From positions 224,194,001 through 224,258,000 of the forward strand of contig NC_086097.1 in NCBI RefSeq assembly GCF_963921235.1: 64,000 nucleotides of DNA. Reading direction: 5' to 3'. Origin of the DNA: Mobula hypostoma. Lineage: Eukaryota. A model generated the notes under the pieces. That model saw only the letters and a program-made list of their open reading frames with translations. It searched no databases and had not been told where the DNA came from. Positions 1-11,657 of this stretch are shown here, piece after piece (the first letter of the stretch is position 1; each line of letters begins with the position of its first letter). The position numbers were made by a program, and so were the translations under genes.

Positions 1-80
1 ATATACAGAAGCCATAGACCCTCAGAGCTGTAACTGCATGTTTTCTTTCTAACTCCAACTGTTCTACAATCTAGCAAGCT

Positions 81-1165
81 TTGGAAGATAAGCCTCAGAA
101 CCTGGGCCTCTGTACCTCCCTCTGCAATCGGATCCTCGACTTCCTAACTAGAAGATCACAATTTATGTGGATTGGTGTTACTACCTCCTTCTCATTGGAA
201 CTGGTGCACCTCGGGGGTGTGTGCTTAGCCCACTGCTCTACTCTCTCTATACCCATTACTGTGTGGCTAGGCAGAGCTCAAATGCCATCTATACATTTGC
301 TGATGATACAATTATTGTTGGCAGGATCTCAGATGGAGATGAGTGGGAATACAGGAGCTAGATCCTAGGATCTAGGAGCTAGATATACCAGCTAGTCAAG
401 TGGTGTTGCCCAACATTCTTGCACTCAGCGTCAGTGAGACCAAAGAGGTGATTGTGGACCTCGGAAAGGGTAGGATGAGGGAACATGAACCAATCCTCAC
501 AGAGTGATCAGAAGCGGAGAGAGTGAGCAATTTCAATTTCCTGAGTGTCAAGATCTCTGAAGATCTCTAACCTGGTCTAAACAAATCGATGCAGCTATGA
601 AGAAGGCAGGACAGCAGCTATATTTCATTAGGAGCTTGAGGAGATTTGGTTTGTCACCTATGACACTCAAACACTTCTTTAGATGTACTGTGGAAAGCAT
701 TCTGACAAACTGCATCACTATCTAGTATGGAAGGTGGGAGCTTCTGCACAGGATCGAAAGAAGCTACAGGAAGTTGTAAAGTTAGTTAGTTCCATCTTGG
801 GTACTAGCCTCCACAGTATCCAAGATATCTTCAAGGAGCGGTGCCTTAGAAAGGCAGTATCCATCATTAAGGACCCACATCACCCAGGACATGCCCTCTT
901 CTCATTGTTACCATCAGGAAGGAAGTACAGAAGCCTGAAGGCACACACTCAGCGATTCAGGAACAGCTTCTTCCCCTCTGCCATTCAATTCCTAAATGGA
1001 CATTGAACCTATGAACACTACCTCACTTTTATTATTTCTATTTTGGCACAATGTTTTAACTTAACTATTTAATATAGATATATACGTATATACTTCCTTA
1101 TTTATTTATATTTCTATATTACCATGTATTGCATTTTACTGCTGCTGCTAAGTTAACAAATTTCA
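81..1165 (+). mobile_element. Rex1/Babar-type LINE, 5'-truncated RT remnant with 3' UTR
   Basis: Broken frames read LGLCTSLCNRILDFLT, GAPRGCVLSPLLYSLYTH, FADDT and IIKDPHHPGHALFSLLPSGRKYRSLKAHTQRFRNSFFP. AT-rich 3' UTR follows. Confidence 0.88.
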
Positions 1166-1205
1166 TGACAGCACACACAAAATGCTGGAAGAACTCAGCA
1201 GCCAG

Positions 1206-1847
1206 AAAGCACCCATCTGTCTCCTCTTGCTCTTGGGGAGCCCTACGTCATTTTGTACAGACACGGTTGGTTTCCCATTTTCATCTTGCGATAGACCATC
1301 TCGTCTGACCAGTCTTTTGGTGTACCGTGGCCCAACAGTAGGACGGCAAGACTCCCATATCCCACACGGTTGTTGGTCCATCCTGGGGCTCAGCACTCCT
1401 CACATGGGGGGGGGGGTTCCCTGACTTTTATTTTTGCCTTTACACTTATTAATCTATTCGATCACTGAACCCTGTTCACAGCACAAATTGTGCGAAGTCA
1501 GGTTTGTGGGTTTGGTAACTGGGGACAGAAGACACTCACTACCAGTAAGGTACCCATTTATTTACAGGACCAGACTAATCATTCAGTAAACCATTCAAGC
1601 TACTGTTGGTTACAAGTATTTATGTAAAATGTGCACCTGGGCCCTCTCTTACCCTTCCACCATTTCCATGGGCACGGTGATCCTCCACACGAAAGAGATT
1701 AAGTGCTTTCAGTGCTCTGGTTTTATACTCTATCTGTGCCAATTGGTAGCCAGTGGGAGGACTGCAATGCTCCGTAAACAGGTCAATCCCCAGCGAGCAT
1801 GAGGGAGTGGTTTTGATGATGAGGTAAGATGGAGACTTACTGCAGCA
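1206..1847 (-). mobile_element. LTR (about 1489-1847) plus PBS-like site and start of the internal region of an LTR retroelement/ERV
   Basis: Homologous to the solo LTR at 15804-16290. Minus-strand TATA (about 1721) and AATAAA (about 1557). Next on the minus strand is TTTGTGCTGTGAACAGGG, resembling a tRNA-His PBS (TGGTGCCGTGAC...). Confidence 0.6.
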
Positions 1848-2620
1848 CTATCTAAATGTCTCTTAAATGTTGATATCATACCCATATCCTCTACTTCCAC
1901 ACTCTCAGTAAAGACGTTCCCCCTCATGTTCCCTTTAAACATTTCACCTTTCAGCCTTAGTCTAGTCTCACCCAACCTCATTGGAAAAAGCCTGCTTGCA
2001 TTTACCCTATCTATACCCCTCATAATTTTGTATATCTCTATCAAATCTCCCCTACGCTCTAGGAATAAAGTCTTAACCTATTCAACCTTTCCTTATAACT
2101 TAGGTCCCCAAATCCTGCCAACATCCTTGTACGTTTTCTCTGCTCCCTTTCAATGTTATTGACATCTTTTCTATAGGTAAGTGATGAGAACTGCACACAA
2201 TATTCCAAGTTAGGCCTCAGCAATGTCTTATACAACTTCAACTTGACATTCCAACTCCTGTACTCAGTACTTTGATTTATGAAGGCCAATGTGCCTAAAG
2301 CTTTCTTTACAACTCTATCTACCTGTGATGCCACTTCCAAGCAATTATGGATTATTCCCATATCTCTCTGTTCTACCAAACTCCTCAGTGCCCTACTGTT
2401 CACTGTGTAAGTCCTACCCTAGTTTGTTGTACCAAAGTGCAACACTTAATACTTGTCTGCATTAAATTCCATCTGCCATTTTTCAGCCCATTTTTCCATC
2501 TGGTTTGGATCCCACTACAGGCTTCAATAGCCTTCCTTGCTGTCCACTATGTCCTCAGTCTTGGTGTCATCCACATAATTGCTGATCTAGTTTACTACAT
2601 TATCATCCAGATCATTTATA
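1848..2620 (-). mobile_element. CR1 LINE 3' RT remnant
   Basis: Minus frames: LYKTLLRPNLEYCVQFSS...YKERLNRLRLYS and IEIYKIMRGIDRV. Confidence 0.88.
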
Positions 2621-2629
2621 TTGGGATTT

Positions 2630-2770
2630 ATTGATGTTATCAGGACTGGAGGGCTGAGGTTATAATGAGAGGCTGGATAGACTGGAACTTTTTTTTCCCT
2701 GGAGCTTGAGGAGTGGCGACCTTATAGAGATATATAAAATCACTAGGGGCATAGATAAAGTGTATGGTCA
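2630..2770 (+). mobile_element. short CR1 fragment
   Basis: Decayed YNERLDRLELF..GDLIEIYKITRGIDKV motif. Confidence 0.7.
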
Positions 2771-3334
2771 GTCACTAATTAAAATAATGTATTTCATCTA
2801 CATCTTTATATGTGCTTTCTGTTTCCCACTTTGACTTTGTACAGTCTTACTTCTGTTCTTGCTAACTTGACATAATTTCTGTGGGAGCTTTTATTCCTTA
2901 CCACAAGGGCAAAAAATATGAATTACAATTTGAATTAGTCCAAATTTGATTGGAATATCTAGGTCTGAGGCACACTTCATGTTGAATCCTAGGCTTGATT
3001 AGCGCAGAGCTGGAGATGTTCAGCTGCCAGCAAAGATGAAATCATTTTTGGCTGACTGTATTGGAAACAAAGGGGGCAACTGGAAATGAGAGAAAGGTAA
3101 CAGAAGGAAGAGGGAAGATATTGGATGGGAAGTGGTGGGACAGGTGATCACTTCCAATACAATCCTGGTGCCTGATCTTTAATCTGAGTCTATAACATGG
3201 TAGCTTTTTTATTGATACCTTTCAGTACAATGACCAATGACTAAGCTTACTATACATGTCCACATAATAAAAATGACAATGTAACAGGCATTATATTGAA
3301 TATTCTGAAGAAGTGGAAGTAACTATTGTCCTAC

Positions 3335-4437
3335 AGACCTTGGTGAACAATCTCCTACTCCTAAATCTAAATACAGTACATCACTTCCTAACCAACAGAC
3401 CCCAGATAGTCAGGTTGCACAGATGCTGCTCCCTCCCCATCACCCTCAACATGGGTGCCTCCAAGGGCTGTGTGCTGAGCTCATTGCTGCACACTCTGCT
3501 CACGCAAGACTCCACGGCCAAACACGCGAGTAATCACCTTGTCAAGTTCTCCGATGACATGACGGTGGGGGAGCTCATCAGCAATGAGACGGCCTACTGA
3601 GAGGAGAAGGTGGTGTAAGGCAAATAACCTCTTCCTCAATGTCACCAAGACAAAGGAGATGGTTATGGACTTCAGGAGAACTCGCACCACTCACACCCCT
3701 CTAGACAGTGGAAACTGAGTACATCTTGCACGACCTCTCATGGTCCCAAAACAGATTCTCCATAGTCAAGAAAGCTCACCAGTGCCTTTTCTTTCTAAGG
3801 CGGCTGAACAGATATGGACTATGCACATCTATACTCAAGTTCTTCTACAGGTGTGCAGTCAAGAGCATATTGGCATGCTGCGTCACTGTATGGTACGGAA
3901 ACTGCACTGCGGCGGACAGAGAGGCGCCACATCAGGTCGTCAAAACTGCTTAACGCATCACTAGCACCAGTCTACCCACCATCAGGGATATATACATGTA
4001 CAGAAAGGTGCTGGAAAAGGGCCAGTAACAACATAAAGGATCCTACCCACCCTGCTTGTCTATTGATTCTCCCACTCCCATTAGGGAGATGGCTATGTAG
4101 CATCCCCACCAGGACCCACCAGATTCAAAAACAGTTACTTTCCCTAAGCGGTAAGGCTGATCTACACATCCACTCACTAACCCACTCCTCCATGTCTCCA
4201 ACCACCAGTGTTTTATCATTTCTTTTCAGTCACCTTACGTACAGTCACTCCTTTGCCTAGAGTCACTTTATGGATGTATGCACAATCTTATGTATTTATA
4301 TTTATTGTGTTTTTTATTATGTGTCCTTTATCTTATTGTGTGTTTTTGTGCTGCAATAGATCCTAACAATTATTTCATTCTCCTCACACTTCTGTACTAG
4401 GAATGACATTAAATAATCTTGAATCTTGATCTTGAAT
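3335..4437 (+). mobile_element. Rex1/Babar-type LINE remnant with (AATCTTG)n-like tail
   Basis: FLTNRPQ, GASKGCVLSSLL, KFSDD, KKAHQCLFFLRRL, VWYGNC; tail aataatcttgaatcttgatcttgaa. Confidence 0.88.
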
Positions 4438-6471
4438 AATGTAGACTAACTTCATTTTCATTGTTACTTTAATCTTCTACTATTTTCACAGTTCGTGTAT
4501 AAAAGTTGTGCAATTTTTGTCAACCGCTATTTGTGTAGCATCACTTATCATGTTAATTCCTGACTCCAGAAACTACAGTGATTATTATTTGGGCTTCTGT
4601 AAAGTTATATTGAGCCAACAGCACAGATACTCCCCGTAAACACATAAAAATGACTCCTGATAGATTGTAAATCATATTCACTCACCAACCATCTGATTCT
4701 GACATTCAATGTTAGAGCACAATGTCACTCCCAAGATCTTAAAACAAAACTTTTAAGTCCTTTTTTGGATAACTTTTTGAATTTATATACTTCAATTGTT
4801 TTACCAGTTGTATCTCATGGTGATGTTGTTAACTCAAACTCAGCTTTTACTAATTAAAAATATTACTTTCTGCCAAAAGCTCTGTTAGCATGGACATTAG
4901 AGTTTATAACTTCAGGCATCAATAAAAAAAAGTCTTCAAATGTTCTGTTAAATATTTAACTTGATCTAAAAAACAAGGTTGAAGAAGGATATCTTGACTT
5001 GTTTGTAAGTCACATAAAATATTCATTTGCTGATGTCTAACAAGAAATTTTGCTTCATTAGGTCAGACATAATGTCACACAAGTTCCATGTGAAAATTCT
5101 AAGATATTTTAAAGCATATTTCTCCCAATGTTCTACCCAACCTTCAACGTCAACTAATAACTGCCGAAGGAATTTAAGAGTTCAGGCTGCGCATACCTCT
5201 TTAATGATAAGTGCTACTCCGCCCGAGTAATGAATTGACCATGAAATATTGTGAGCTGTTGTGAAGAATTGGGTGGAACCATAAAAATGCAAGTTTTTCT
5301 TTATTAAAGCTGCATATGGCATATTTCTGTATCTCAGTAGCCCAAGAACATGTAGCTCAAATTCTCTGATTCAATAGTGACTCAATGCAGTTTGGAGCTT
5401 TGAGCAGCGGCAAATTGGAGATCAGAAGCCTGAGAAGATGTAGCTCACTCAGGTTTGTTGACTGAGTAGAAAAGGCATTTTGCTGCTTTGAGTAGCGGCC
5501 AGTAAGTGTTCAGGATTGACTGGCAAGAACAAAGTAAAGTAAGGTGGGGGCAAGTGGAGGTTCCGTTGTCAGAGTGGCCATAGTTGGAGTGGTCAGAGTT
5601 AGAGTGTTGATTTTTTTGACTTTAGGTCCTTGAAGCTTCAGTGACATGAGGCTTTAGTGAGAGTAGGCAAAACAAAAGCTATAGGGAGAGTCCTGTTCCC
5701 CCTCACCCGACCCACACAATTTATTGTTCTTCCTTCTTTATATTTGCGCAGTTAGACAGTAGAGATGCCAGGAAGGTAAGATAGTTGAATGCTCCTCTTG
5801 TGGGATGTGGGAAGGCAGGGCCCCTGATGACAACACCTGCAAGAAGTGTATCCAGCTGCAGCTTCTAAGAGTCCATGTTACGTAGTTGGAGCTGGAACTG
5901 GATGAACTCTGGATCATTCGGGAGGCTGAAGGGGTGATAGATAGGACATATAGAGAGGTAGTTACACCCAAGGGGCAGTGCACAGGAAACTGGGTGACAG
6001 TCAGAAAGAGGAGAAGGTTTAAGAAGCCATTGCAAAGTTCCCATGTGACCATCCCCCTCTATATCAGACATACCACTTTGGATACTGTTGGGGGGTGGGG
6101 AATGACCTAATATCAGAAAGTCACAGTGGTCAGGTTTCTGGCACTGAGTCTGACTCTGTAACTCAGAAGGGAAGGGTGGAGAAGAGATGAGCTGTGGTGA
6201 TAGAGGATTCATTAGACACGTGAACAGACCGGAGGTTCTGTGGGTGAGAATGAGATTCCCTGATGGTATGTTGCCTTTCGGGTGCCAGGGTCTGAGATAT
6301 CTTGGATCGAGTCCTCATTGTTCTTAAGTGGGAGGGAACAGCCAGAGGTCGTGGTCCACGTAGGTACCAGTGACATGGGGAGAAAGAGTGACAAGGTTCT
6401 GCAACGGGAATGCAGGGAGTTACAGGTGGGTGCAGATTTAAAGGGTAGGAACCCCAGGGCTGAGATCTCAG

Positions 6472-7196
6472 CTACACACACAAACTCAGTGGAACTCAGC
6501 CAGCCAGGCAACATTTTTGGCGGGAGGAGAAGATGGCGGCTTGACACAGCGCGCGCAGCTCTCCGGTGAAATAATATCGTACCTGTTAAATAGGGGCCGT
6601 AGACAATTCTGATTTGATGGAGACCGACATGAGAAGCCCAGAGGAACATCTGGAAAAATTTCTGAAATGCCTGGTTCACTGCCGCTGCTACTGTGCGATC
6701 GAGAATCTCTGGAGGGAAGGCCCCAAAATCCCCGGCTTTGCCTGCTGCTGGCTACCAAGGCTGGGGTCGAAGCGTTCGGCAGAGATGGTGCTCGGTACTA
6801 GGTGTCGGAGGGCTGATCGGAGTTCGAAGTTTTCGGACGACTCAGAGTCCGACTGTGGTCGGGCATGGCAGGAAGAATTTTCTTCCTTCTCCCGTCTGCG
6901 TGAGATGTGGGACTTTCGAGAGACTTTGAACTTCTTTACTGTTCCATGGCCTGTTCTTCATCAAGTTATGGTATTGTTGCACTGTTGTAACTATATGTTA
7001 TAATTATGTGGTTTTTGTTAGTTTTTCAGTCTTGGTCTGTCCTGTGTTTCTATGATATCACACCGGAGGAATATTGTATCATTTCTTAATGCATGCATTA
7101 TTAAATGACAATAAAAGAGGACTGCCTGTCCTAATAATCTAATCTATGAAAAAGAGTAACAGTTGACGCTTCAGGCCGAGATCCTTTATCAGGACA
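6472..7196 (-). mobile_element. Penelope-like 3' end fragment, split by the insertion at 6516-7145
   Basis: ggaactcagc.agccaggcaacat...ctatgaaaaagagtaacagttgacg matches the other Penelope ends. Flanked by a near-TSD: CTGAGATCTCAG (6460-6471) and CTGCGATCTCAG (7209-7220). Confidence 0.75.
6516..7145 (+). mobile_element. non-autonomous LINE-derived short element (YY1-motif head, Rex1-like 3' end, (TAATC)n tail)
   Basis: AAGATGGCGGC near the 5' end, CpG-rich body, ends AATGACAATAAA...taataatctaatct. Confidence 0.7.
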
Positions 7197-7982
7197 GGAC
7201 CCTTTACCCTGCGATCTCAGGATTGCTACCCATGCCATGAACTATTGAGACCAGAACGAGGAAGATTATACAGTTTAACATGTGGCTAAGGAGTTGGTAT
7301 AGGAGAGGGGGCATAAGATCTGTTGCAGGGAAGGTGGGGCCTGTGCAGAAGAGATGGTTTGCATCAAAACTGGAAGAGGACCAATATCCTAGTGGGAAGG
7401 TTTGCTAGCGTTGCACGGTGGGGTTTAAACTAGAGTTGCAGGGGTGGGCAATCAGAGTGCTAGAACAATTAGTGAAGAGTTTGTGGAGACAAATGTTGCT
7501 AAGACCTCAGACAAAGTCAGGAATCAAAAGGTTGAACTTGATATGACTAGTGTCCCGAGCTGCGTATATTTCAACGTAAGAAGTATCGTAGGAAAGGCAG
7601 ATGAGCTGAGGGCATAAGTCAACACCTGGAATTATAATATTGTAGCCATTACTGAGACTTGGTTACAGAAGGGGAAAGACTGGCAGCTCAGTATTCCAGG
7701 GTTCCATTATTTTAGATGTGACGGAGCGGGAAGGATTAAAGGAGCAGGGATAGCATTACTGGCCAGGGAAAATACCATCGCAGTGCTCCATTAGGACAGG
7801 CTGGAGAACTCGTCTAGTGTGGCGTTGTTGGTGGGACTGAGAAATAAGAAAGGTATGACCAGATTAATGAGGCTATACTACAATCCACCCAACAGACCAA
7901 GGGATTTAGAGGAACAAATTTGTAGAGAGATTGCAGACTGTTGCAAGAAACATAAGGATGTGATAGTAGGTGATTTTAACTG

Positions 7983-8395
7983 AGCAACACACACAAAATA
8001 CTGGAGGAACTCAGCAGGCCAGGCGGCATCGATGGAAAAAAGTACAGTCGATATTTTGGGCCGAAACCCTTCAGCAGGACTGGAGATAAAAAGCTGAGAA
8101 GATTAAAAGGTGGGGGAAGGGAGAGAGAACCACCAGGAGATAGGTGAAACCTGGAGGGGGAGGGATGAAGTAAAGAGCTGGGAAGTTGAATGGTGAAAGA
8201 GGCAGAAGGCCATGGAAGAAAGAAAAAGGGAGAAGGAGCACCAGAGGGAGGTGATGGGTGGGCAAGGAGATGAGGTGAGAGAAGGAAAAGGGGATGGGAA
8301 ATGGAGAAGGTGGGGGGCAGGTTTGGGGGGCATTACCAGAAGTTTGAGAAATGGATGTTCATGCCGTCAGGTTGGGGGCTACCCAAACGAAATCT
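7983..8395 (-). mobile_element. Penelope-like element 3' end
   Basis: Minus frame FRLGSPQPDGMNIHFSNFW* (GIY-YIG protein C-terminus), pyrimidine-rich spacer, degenerate hammerhead at 8045-8082. Confidence 0.85.
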
Positions 8396-8499
8396 AAAAT
8401 GTCAAAGTCCTGAATCACACGTAGATAATGCTGGTGAATATAATTTCAGAGCATTTTAAATTTACAAGGTTTGAATATGGTTTTGTGTCTTTTGTAAAG

Positions 8500-8686
8500 G
8501 CTATTTGATAACTTTTATTGTTTGCATGATTTGTTTTTTCCTCTCTTTCTGTGCATTAGGTGTTTGACAGTCTTTTTTAAATGCGCTCTTTTGAGGTCTC
8601 TTTGTTTTGTGGCTGCCCGTAAGGAGATGAATCTCAAGGTTGTGTAATGTAGACATACTTTAATAATAAATGTATTTTGAACTTTG
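8500..8686 (+). mobile_element. Rex1-type LINE/SINE 3' tail
   Basis: gtggctgcccgtaaggagatgaatctcaaggttgt...aataaa..ttttgaactttg, shared with 23380-23453 and 27230-27315. Confidence 0.7.
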
Positions 8687-9069
8687 CTACTGTATATAAG
8701 GGAACAGAGATCACATCATGACCTATTGTTGAACACTTACTCATTAGTTTCAATGTTTTTGATTTCCTTGTGAGCCTGCCATCAGCTTTCCGAGAATTGT
8801 AGCTTTGAGGCTAGGCAGCCTTTCATGAATAATTCACTTCCTGGCACCCAAAGCTCATTTCCATTTGCTTGTCGCTCATTTTGGGGAAAAGCACTTAAAT
8901 AGCATTTACTTCCCATCAGCACTGTTCTCCTGTGCTGCTGTGTGTGCCATGGACAAAATGTGTTGCAGTTAATCACTGAGTTATTTCAGCAGAACCTCCA
9001 AAACCCAAGGCCTCTAATACCAACTACATGTGAACACCACTAGAGGGACTTCTCCAGATCATAGGCTGT

Positions 9070-9255
9070 CTGGACTTAAACTCATCATTATTCCTTCATT
9101 GTTGTTGGATATATGTCCTGATAGTCTCTCTCCAAAATCATTATGGGGGTACATTCACTGGCATGATCGCAGCAGTTCAGGAAGGCACTACCTTCTTCTC
9201 AAGGACATTTAGGGATGAGCATCAGACGTTGGCATGTCCTGAAAACGTAATTAAA
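9070..9255 (+). mobile_element. old non-LTR 3' end (same family as 37557-37712)
   Basis: gcagcagttcaggaaggca..ccttcttctcaaggacatttagggatg resembles 37596-37650. Confidence 0.55.
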
Positions 9256-9401
9256 GAGAACACAAAATGGACTTCACACAGGACTTCTTTTCATCTCAGC
9301 AAGGTTTACAATATTCCTACTATTTTCAAGAGTGGAAGGAATTTTCATTGATACACAAGCAGTTGAACTTTTTTCACTCTGGGTGTTAGTAATTAACTCA
9401 G

Positions 9402-9737
9402 AGTGATGGGGCAGATATACATCTCTACCAAAGGAGGTGTAGGACACCCCTTCCCTCCACCAGCCTGCAGGTCACCCTTGGGAAATATGTAACACCTGCT
9501 TAGCCCCCAGTCAGGGTCACATGAAGCCATGGAGCAGCTGGTGGAAGCTCATATGAGCAGCTGGTGCATATCACAAGTCCTGTTTATGGGACCACTGACA
9601 CCAGGCAGCCAATCTTTGAAGAATATTGATAATAGCGGGGGTCACCTGTTTTGTAAAGACACCGCCTAGAAGAAGGCAATGTAAACCACTTCTGTAGAAC
9701 AATTAGCCAAGAACAATCATGGTCATGGAAAGGCCAT
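9402..9737 (+). mobile_element. RTE-related (Bov-A-like motif) short interspersed element
   Basis: AGAAGAAGGCAATGTAAACCACTTCTGTAGAACAATTAGCCAAGAACAATCATGG resembles the RTE/BovB GAGAAGGCAATGGCAAACCACTCCAGTATTCTTGCC motif. Confidence 0.65.
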
Positions 9738-10350
9738 AAACAAGAGACAGTCTGCAGGTGCCGGAAATCCGAGCAACACAGAAAATGCTGGAGGAACTCA
9801 GCAGGCCAGGCAGCATCTATAGAAAAAAGTACAGTTGATGTTTTGGGCCAAAACCAGTCAACAGGACTGAAGAAAAAAAAAACCAAGGAGCAGATTTGAA
9901 AGATGGGGGGAGGGGAGAGAGAAACACCAGGCAAAAGGTGAAACTTGGAGGGGGAAGGATGAAGCAAAGAGCTAGGAAGTTGATTGGTGAAAGAGACAGA
10001 AGGCCATGGAAAAAAGAAGAAGGGGGGGGGGCGCATGGAGGAGCACCAGAGGGAGTTGATGGGTGGGCAAGGGGATAACATGAGAGAGGGACGAGGGGAT
10101 GGGAAATGATGAAGGGCGGGTGGAGGCATTACTGGAAGTTTGAGAAATCGACGTTCATGCCATCAGGTTGGAGTCTACCGAAACGGAATATAAAGTGTTG
10201 TTACTCCAACCTAAGTGTGGCCTTATCCCGGCAGTGGAGGAGGCCATGGATGGACATATCGGAATGGGAATGGGAAGTGGAATTAAAATGGTTGGCCATT
10301 GGGAGATCCCACTTGTTCTGGTGGACGGAGCGTAGATGCTTGACGAAGAT
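9738..10350 (-). mobile_element. Penelope-like element 3' end including GIY-YIG C-terminal coding remnant
   Basis: Minus frame FVKHLRSVHQNKWDLPMANHFNSTSHSHSDMSIHGLLHC..ATLRLE*QHFIFRFGRLQPDGMNVDFSNFQ*. Confidence 0.9.
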
Positions 10351-10646
10351 TGGGAGACTTAAGAATTAACATACTTAATTCTAGCTTTAGCTTTTCCACA
10401 CTGAATGCTTCTCAACTGTTAGGTATTCCTTTCCCTCAGTAAGACCTGTTTTCCTGAGCACAAACAGAGAAACTGGCCAAGAAAGTAATATCCTTTGCCA
10501 ATGTATTATTTGCAGGGAACGAAAGCTAAAACATAAGCTGATCTTTGTAACTCTATTTGTACTCAATGATAACCAGCTGAAGTTGATAATCAGTCAGAAA
10601 ACGAACAAAGAATGATAAGCAATGCTTTGGTTAATGGATTCATGGT

Positions 10647-11550
10647 CACAAACACAAGAGATTCTGCAGATGCCAGAAATCCAAAAATCCGACTAACACA
10701 AAATGCTGGAGAAACTCAGCAGGTTAGCGAGCATCTATGGAGAGGAATAAACAGTTAAAACTTGAGCTGAGACCCTTCATCAGGACTGGAAATGAAGGGG
10801 GGAGAAGGCAAAGGGAAGGGGAAGGAGTACAAGCTAGCAAGAGGTAGGTGAAACCGGGTGAGGGGAAGGTAGGTGGATAGGGGAGGGGGATGAAGTGAGA
10901 AGCTGGAAGATGACAGGTGGAAGAGGTAAAAGGCTGAAAAAGAAGGAATCTGATTGGAGAGGAGAATGGACCAAGGGAGAAAAGGCAGGAGGAAAAGCAC
11001 CAGAGGGAGGTGATGGGTGGGTCAGGAGAAGACAGCTTCTTTCTTCTTCTCGTTTGCTGTGTTTTTAGTTTCTGGTCGCATCCATTATGATGTATTTCTG
11101 GTTTCCGGTCACTCCTTCCTTGTTGCTGTTTTGTGTAATTTTGATCGGGGTGGACTGGCTCTTCAGCTTGAAGATAATGTACGGTACAGTACCAGACAGA
11201 ACTGAACTGAGCTGAGCTGAATATGTCTGGACTGCTTCGATGAATTGAGTTTTGGTGTTCTATATTCTGTTGTTTTTTTGCTCGATATTTTTGCTGTTCG
11301 AGCAATTTGTCCGTTTTTTGTGCGTTGATGGTTTGATGTTTTTCTTTGAATGGGGGCCATGGTTTTCTTTCTTTGTTTCGTGGCTGTCTGTGGAAAGGCA
11401 AATCTCAGGGTTGTAATACAACACACATACTTTATTAATAAACGTACTTTAAATCTTTGAGAAGGGGTAAGAGGGAAATCATAATGGGGAATGGAAAAGA
11501 AGAGAAGGCGGGGGGAAGAAATCACCAGAAATTAGAGAAATTAATTTTGT
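10647..11550 (-). mobile_element. Penelope-like 3' end interrupted by the insertion at about 11032-11459
   Basis: Same terminal sequence as the other copies, with intact CAGTCCTGATGAAGGGTCTC on the minus strand at 10769-10788. Resumes after 11460. Confidence 0.8.
11032..11459 (+). mobile_element. non-coding short element with Rex1-type 3' end
   Basis: Ends gtggctgtctgtggaaaggcaaatctcagggttgt...aataaacgtactttaaatctttga. Flanked by a GAGAAG duplication. Confidence 0.65.
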
Positions 11551-11577
11551 TTGTCTTCAGATCATCTTATATTGTGT

Positions 11578-11657
11578 GTAACATACATCAAAGTTGCTGG
11601 TGAACGCAGCAGGCCAAGCAGCATCTATAGGAAGAGGTGCAGTCGACGTTTCAGGTC
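11578..11657 (-). mobile_element. Penelope-like terminal fragment (variant subfamily)
   Basis: gctggtgaacgcagcaggccaagcagcatctataggaagaggtgcagtcgacgtttcagg; minus strand contains intact GAAACGTCGACTG. Confidence 0.7.

Larger units (their letters stand above)
5385..7980 (+). mobile_element. CR1 LINE 5' portion: 5' UTR, ORF1 (Zn finger/leucine zipper/SGNH esterase) and ORF2 APE endonuclease; interrupted at 6472-7208
   Basis: VECSSCGMWE..CKKCIQLQLL; ELELDELWIIREAE; VIEDS (GDS-like); QPEVVVHVGTSD; APE motifs YFNVRSI, VAITETW, YYNPPN, IVGDFN. Confidence 0.88.

Noticed and set aside
8780..8990. Possible conserved non-coding element
   Set aside because: Looks non-repetitive, but conservation cannot be judged without alignments.
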